A stretch of 64,000 nt of DNA from Rhodospirillaceae bacterium (GTDB lineage Bacteria; Pseudomonadota; Alphaproteobacteria; Rhodospirillales; Rhodospirillaceae), in assembly GCA_033764265.1 (NCBI GenBank), contig JANRJB010000112.1:764-64763 (forward strand), in the 5' to 3' direction. This document shows positions 62,419 through 64,000 of this stretch, piece by piece (positions within the stretch are counted from its first letter, which is position 1; every line of letters begins with the position of its first letter). The position numbers and the translations under genes are program-made. The notes under the pieces were generated by a model. That model was not told where the DNA came from. It ran no database searches and saw nothing but the letters and a program-made list of their open reading frames with translations.

Positions 62419-62983
62419 GAGTGCCGCGCCAATGCTTGGTCACGACACTATCGACACCCGTTAGCTTCGCGAGACCGATGAGGGAACGGCGCACAAGCTT
62501 CTGGAGACCAACTGGCACCCCCGCCAAGTTGATGTCCCCTGCGTCGAGCGCCAAAGCCAGGTGAAGCGGGTTGCGGGGCCGATCGCCGGCGAACAGGCCC
62601 GAACGACCGAGCCCGTACCATGCACGGACAAATTGTTCGAAACCGGCTCCCTCAGCGACGGATACCCTGAAGACGACAGCGGCATGATCTGAAGCATTGC
62701 GGAAGGCATGAATTTCGCCGCAGCCGATCGTGATCTGCGCGCCGGGCGTAAGCGTCACCGGCTCAAGTTTTGGGCCGCGCCGGACCTCAAGGGCGCCGGC
62801 GATTACGCTGAACGTTTCGCAATAGGATCCATGATGGTGGGGCGGGGCGCCTATCGCTTGGGCCGGCAAGGTAAACACGATTGAGGTGTCGGGTTCGCCA
62901 AACAGTGCCGATCGCTCGATGGTTGCTGAATCGCCCGTCGCCGGGTTGTCCAGTTTCTCGGGAATGTATGGGCCTCTAGTCAT
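62411..62983 (-). CDS. Cupin-domain protein
   Basis: GAPPHHHGSYCETFSVIAGALEV ... GEIHAFRN are cupin motifs 1 and 2. Confidence 0.75.
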   Translation of the reverse strand: MTRGPYIPEKLDNPATGDSATIERSALFGEPDTSIVFTLPAQAIGAPPHHHGSYCETFSVIAGALEVRRGPKLEPVTLTPGAQITIGCGEIHAFRNASDHAAVVFRVSVAEGAGFEQFVRAWYGLGRSGLFAGDRPRNPLHLALALDAGDINLAGVPVGLQKLVRRSLIGLAKLTGVDSVVTKHWRGTHV

Positions 62984-63018
62984 GCTTCAGGCGCTCGGCG
63001 ATTGAGAAGTCGACATTC

Positions 63019-63077
63019 GTAGACTTATGTCTACAGATGTAGAATATGGATTGCAAGACGAAATCTACGGGTGTAGA
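63019..63077. promoter_or_regulatory. Three TCTAC/GTAGA-core palindromes in the divergent cupin/TetR promoter region (candidate TetR operators)
   Basis: GTAGAC-ttat-GTCTAC (63019-63034), TCTACA-ga-TGTAGA (63030-63043) and TCTAC-gggt-GTAGA (63064-63077). Confidence 0.55.
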
Positions 63078-63102
63078 AAAATACTTGAGAAAGGAACGTT
63101 GG

Positions 63103-63774
63103 ATGCCTGGAAATCCTAGGAAAAAGGCCGCACCGCGTCACCGACAGGCGACCGAAGAACGGATCAGGGCTGCGGTCGGGAGCTTGTTGGCGCGCGAAGG
63201 GTTTTCGGCCCTTGGAGTCCGGGCGGTGGCGCGTGAGGCTGGCGTCGATCCGATGCTGATCGGCCGGTATTTCGGTGGGCTATCCGGTTTGCTGGAAAGT
63301 TATGCCGACAGCGCCGACCACTGGCCGCAGGTCGAAGAGGTGACCGAGGGCGGCAAGATTTCTGGGCTGCCACTGGGCGAGCGGCTTTCGCGAATATTGA
63401 CAAACTTTGCCGAGTCGCTCGCCCGCCGTCCGGTGACGTGCGAGATTCTCGCCTGGGAGTCCGCGCAACGATCTGAATTGACCGACGCGCTTGATCGAGC
63501 ACGCCTGTCCTCGGTCAAGACGATTATCCAGCAATACTTGCCAGAACTTGCCCTTGGAAACGAAACCGCTGACAAAGCCAACGCCCTCATCTCGATCCTT
63601 GGCGCAGCGATCTACTATGTCGCGATCCGTAATCGGAATGCCGAGAAGGATTGGGGCGGTCTTGGCGTGCGGAACAAAGAAGGTCGCGCGCGACTCGCCA
63701 AAGCCATAAAAATGATCTGTGGTTCGATCTTGAGTGAACACGATGGCCCGGTTGGGGCAGGGCACAAGAAGTGA
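63103..63774 (+). CDS. TetR-family transcriptional regulator
   Basis: In-frame ATG 63103. HTH segment LLAREGFSALGVRAVAREAGVDPMLIGRYFGG. Confidence 0.8.
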   Translation: MPGNPRKKAAPRHRQATEERIRAAVGSLLAREGFSALGVRAVAREAGVDPMLIGRYFGGLSGLLESYADSADHWPQVEEVTEGGKISGLPLGERLSRILTNFAESLARRPVTCEILAWESAQRSELTDALDRARLSSVKTIIQQYLPELALGNETADKANALISILGAAIYYVAIRNRNAEKDWGGLGVRNKEGRARLAKAIKMICGSILSEHDGPVGAGHKK

Positions 63775-64000
63775 ACGAATGAACGGCGCTCGACGTGGGT
63801 TCGGTACCCAAGTTTCGATCCAATCACCTCGGAATCGCGTCAGAATCGCATCGGGGTCCGGCAAGTTCTCGGTGGATCGCTATCGCCCTGGTGCCCGACT
63901 GGTCATACTTTCAGGTTCGGTCACGCACCATAACTCGGTCAGCGGCCAATCCGGCGCTGGCATCATCGCGTCCGGCGGGGCACCGTAGCTTGACAGGCAA

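Noticed and set aside
63280-63864. 194-aa minus-strand ORF at the window end, plus small ORFs at 63734..63988
   Set aside because: It overlaps the motif-supported TetR gene on the opposite strand. The non-overlapping 90 nt have no SD or motif support. I could not support any gene in 63775-64000.
60332-64000. Direct repeat of the tRNA-Arg 3' end (att site) that would delimit a genomic island
   Set aside because: Only a weak resemblance (gggttcggtacccaagtttcgatcc near 63797) to the T-arm was found, and no integrase gene is in the window. The island boundary, if any, lies beyond 64000.

Overview
This is a 64-kb high-GC chromosomal segment (roughly two-thirds G+C by eye). Its gene content looks like a free-living alphaproteobacterium. 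That is an inference from an NDUFS4-like gene between two tRNAs, ydbH-ynbE-ydbL, the Anbu operon and an MT-A70 methylase; no taxon can be proven without a database search. I can support about 70 protein-coding genes and 2 tRNAs (Pro-UGG, Arg-UCU). I found no rRNA, CRISPR array, transposase or integrase. The high GC fills the ORF track with long antisense shadow ORFs, so I chose frames by recognisable motifs, signal peptides, start context and tight gene packing. Recognisable blocks: a TetR plus ybhGFSR-type ABC exporter operon (10.9-16.6 kb); three type II toxin-antitoxin pairs (hicAB next to an orphan MT-A70 methylase, vapBC, and a higB/relE-like toxin with an XRE antitoxin) plus an orphan Panacea/DUF4065 protein; pepN; the ATP-grasp / alpha-E / transglutaminase / Anbu proteasome-like operon (33.3-37.4 kb); two MFS transporters; dusA; ydbH-ynbE-ydbL; and a TonB-dependent receptor. 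Most interesting observations: (1) A minus-strand array at 54.4-59.8 kb has a core (APS-kinase-like, SAM methyltransferase, class I amidotransferase, LicC-like nucleotidyltransferase) that mirrors the Campylobacter O-methyl-phosphoramidate donor pathway but lacks the glutamine kinase. (2) A CMP-sugar-synthetase domain is fused to an RraA/class II aldolase domain, 2.8 kb from a protein with sialyltransferase/DUF115-type GNGPSL motifs. (3) A lower-GC 3-kb TonB-receptor cassette is inserted into the 3' end of a DUF192 gene and bracketed by 113-bp direct repeats, with no recombinase present. (4) Three tandem signal-peptide-bearing SAM-methyltransferase paralogues are linked to an alpha/beta-hydrolase family that carries His at the nucleophile-elbow position; the window has three copies of that hydrolase, each next to methyltransferases. 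(5) A 65-nt GC-rich nested palindrome (REP-like) sits in frame inside pepN. All family assignments come from motif recognition by eye and need HMM/BLAST confirmation.
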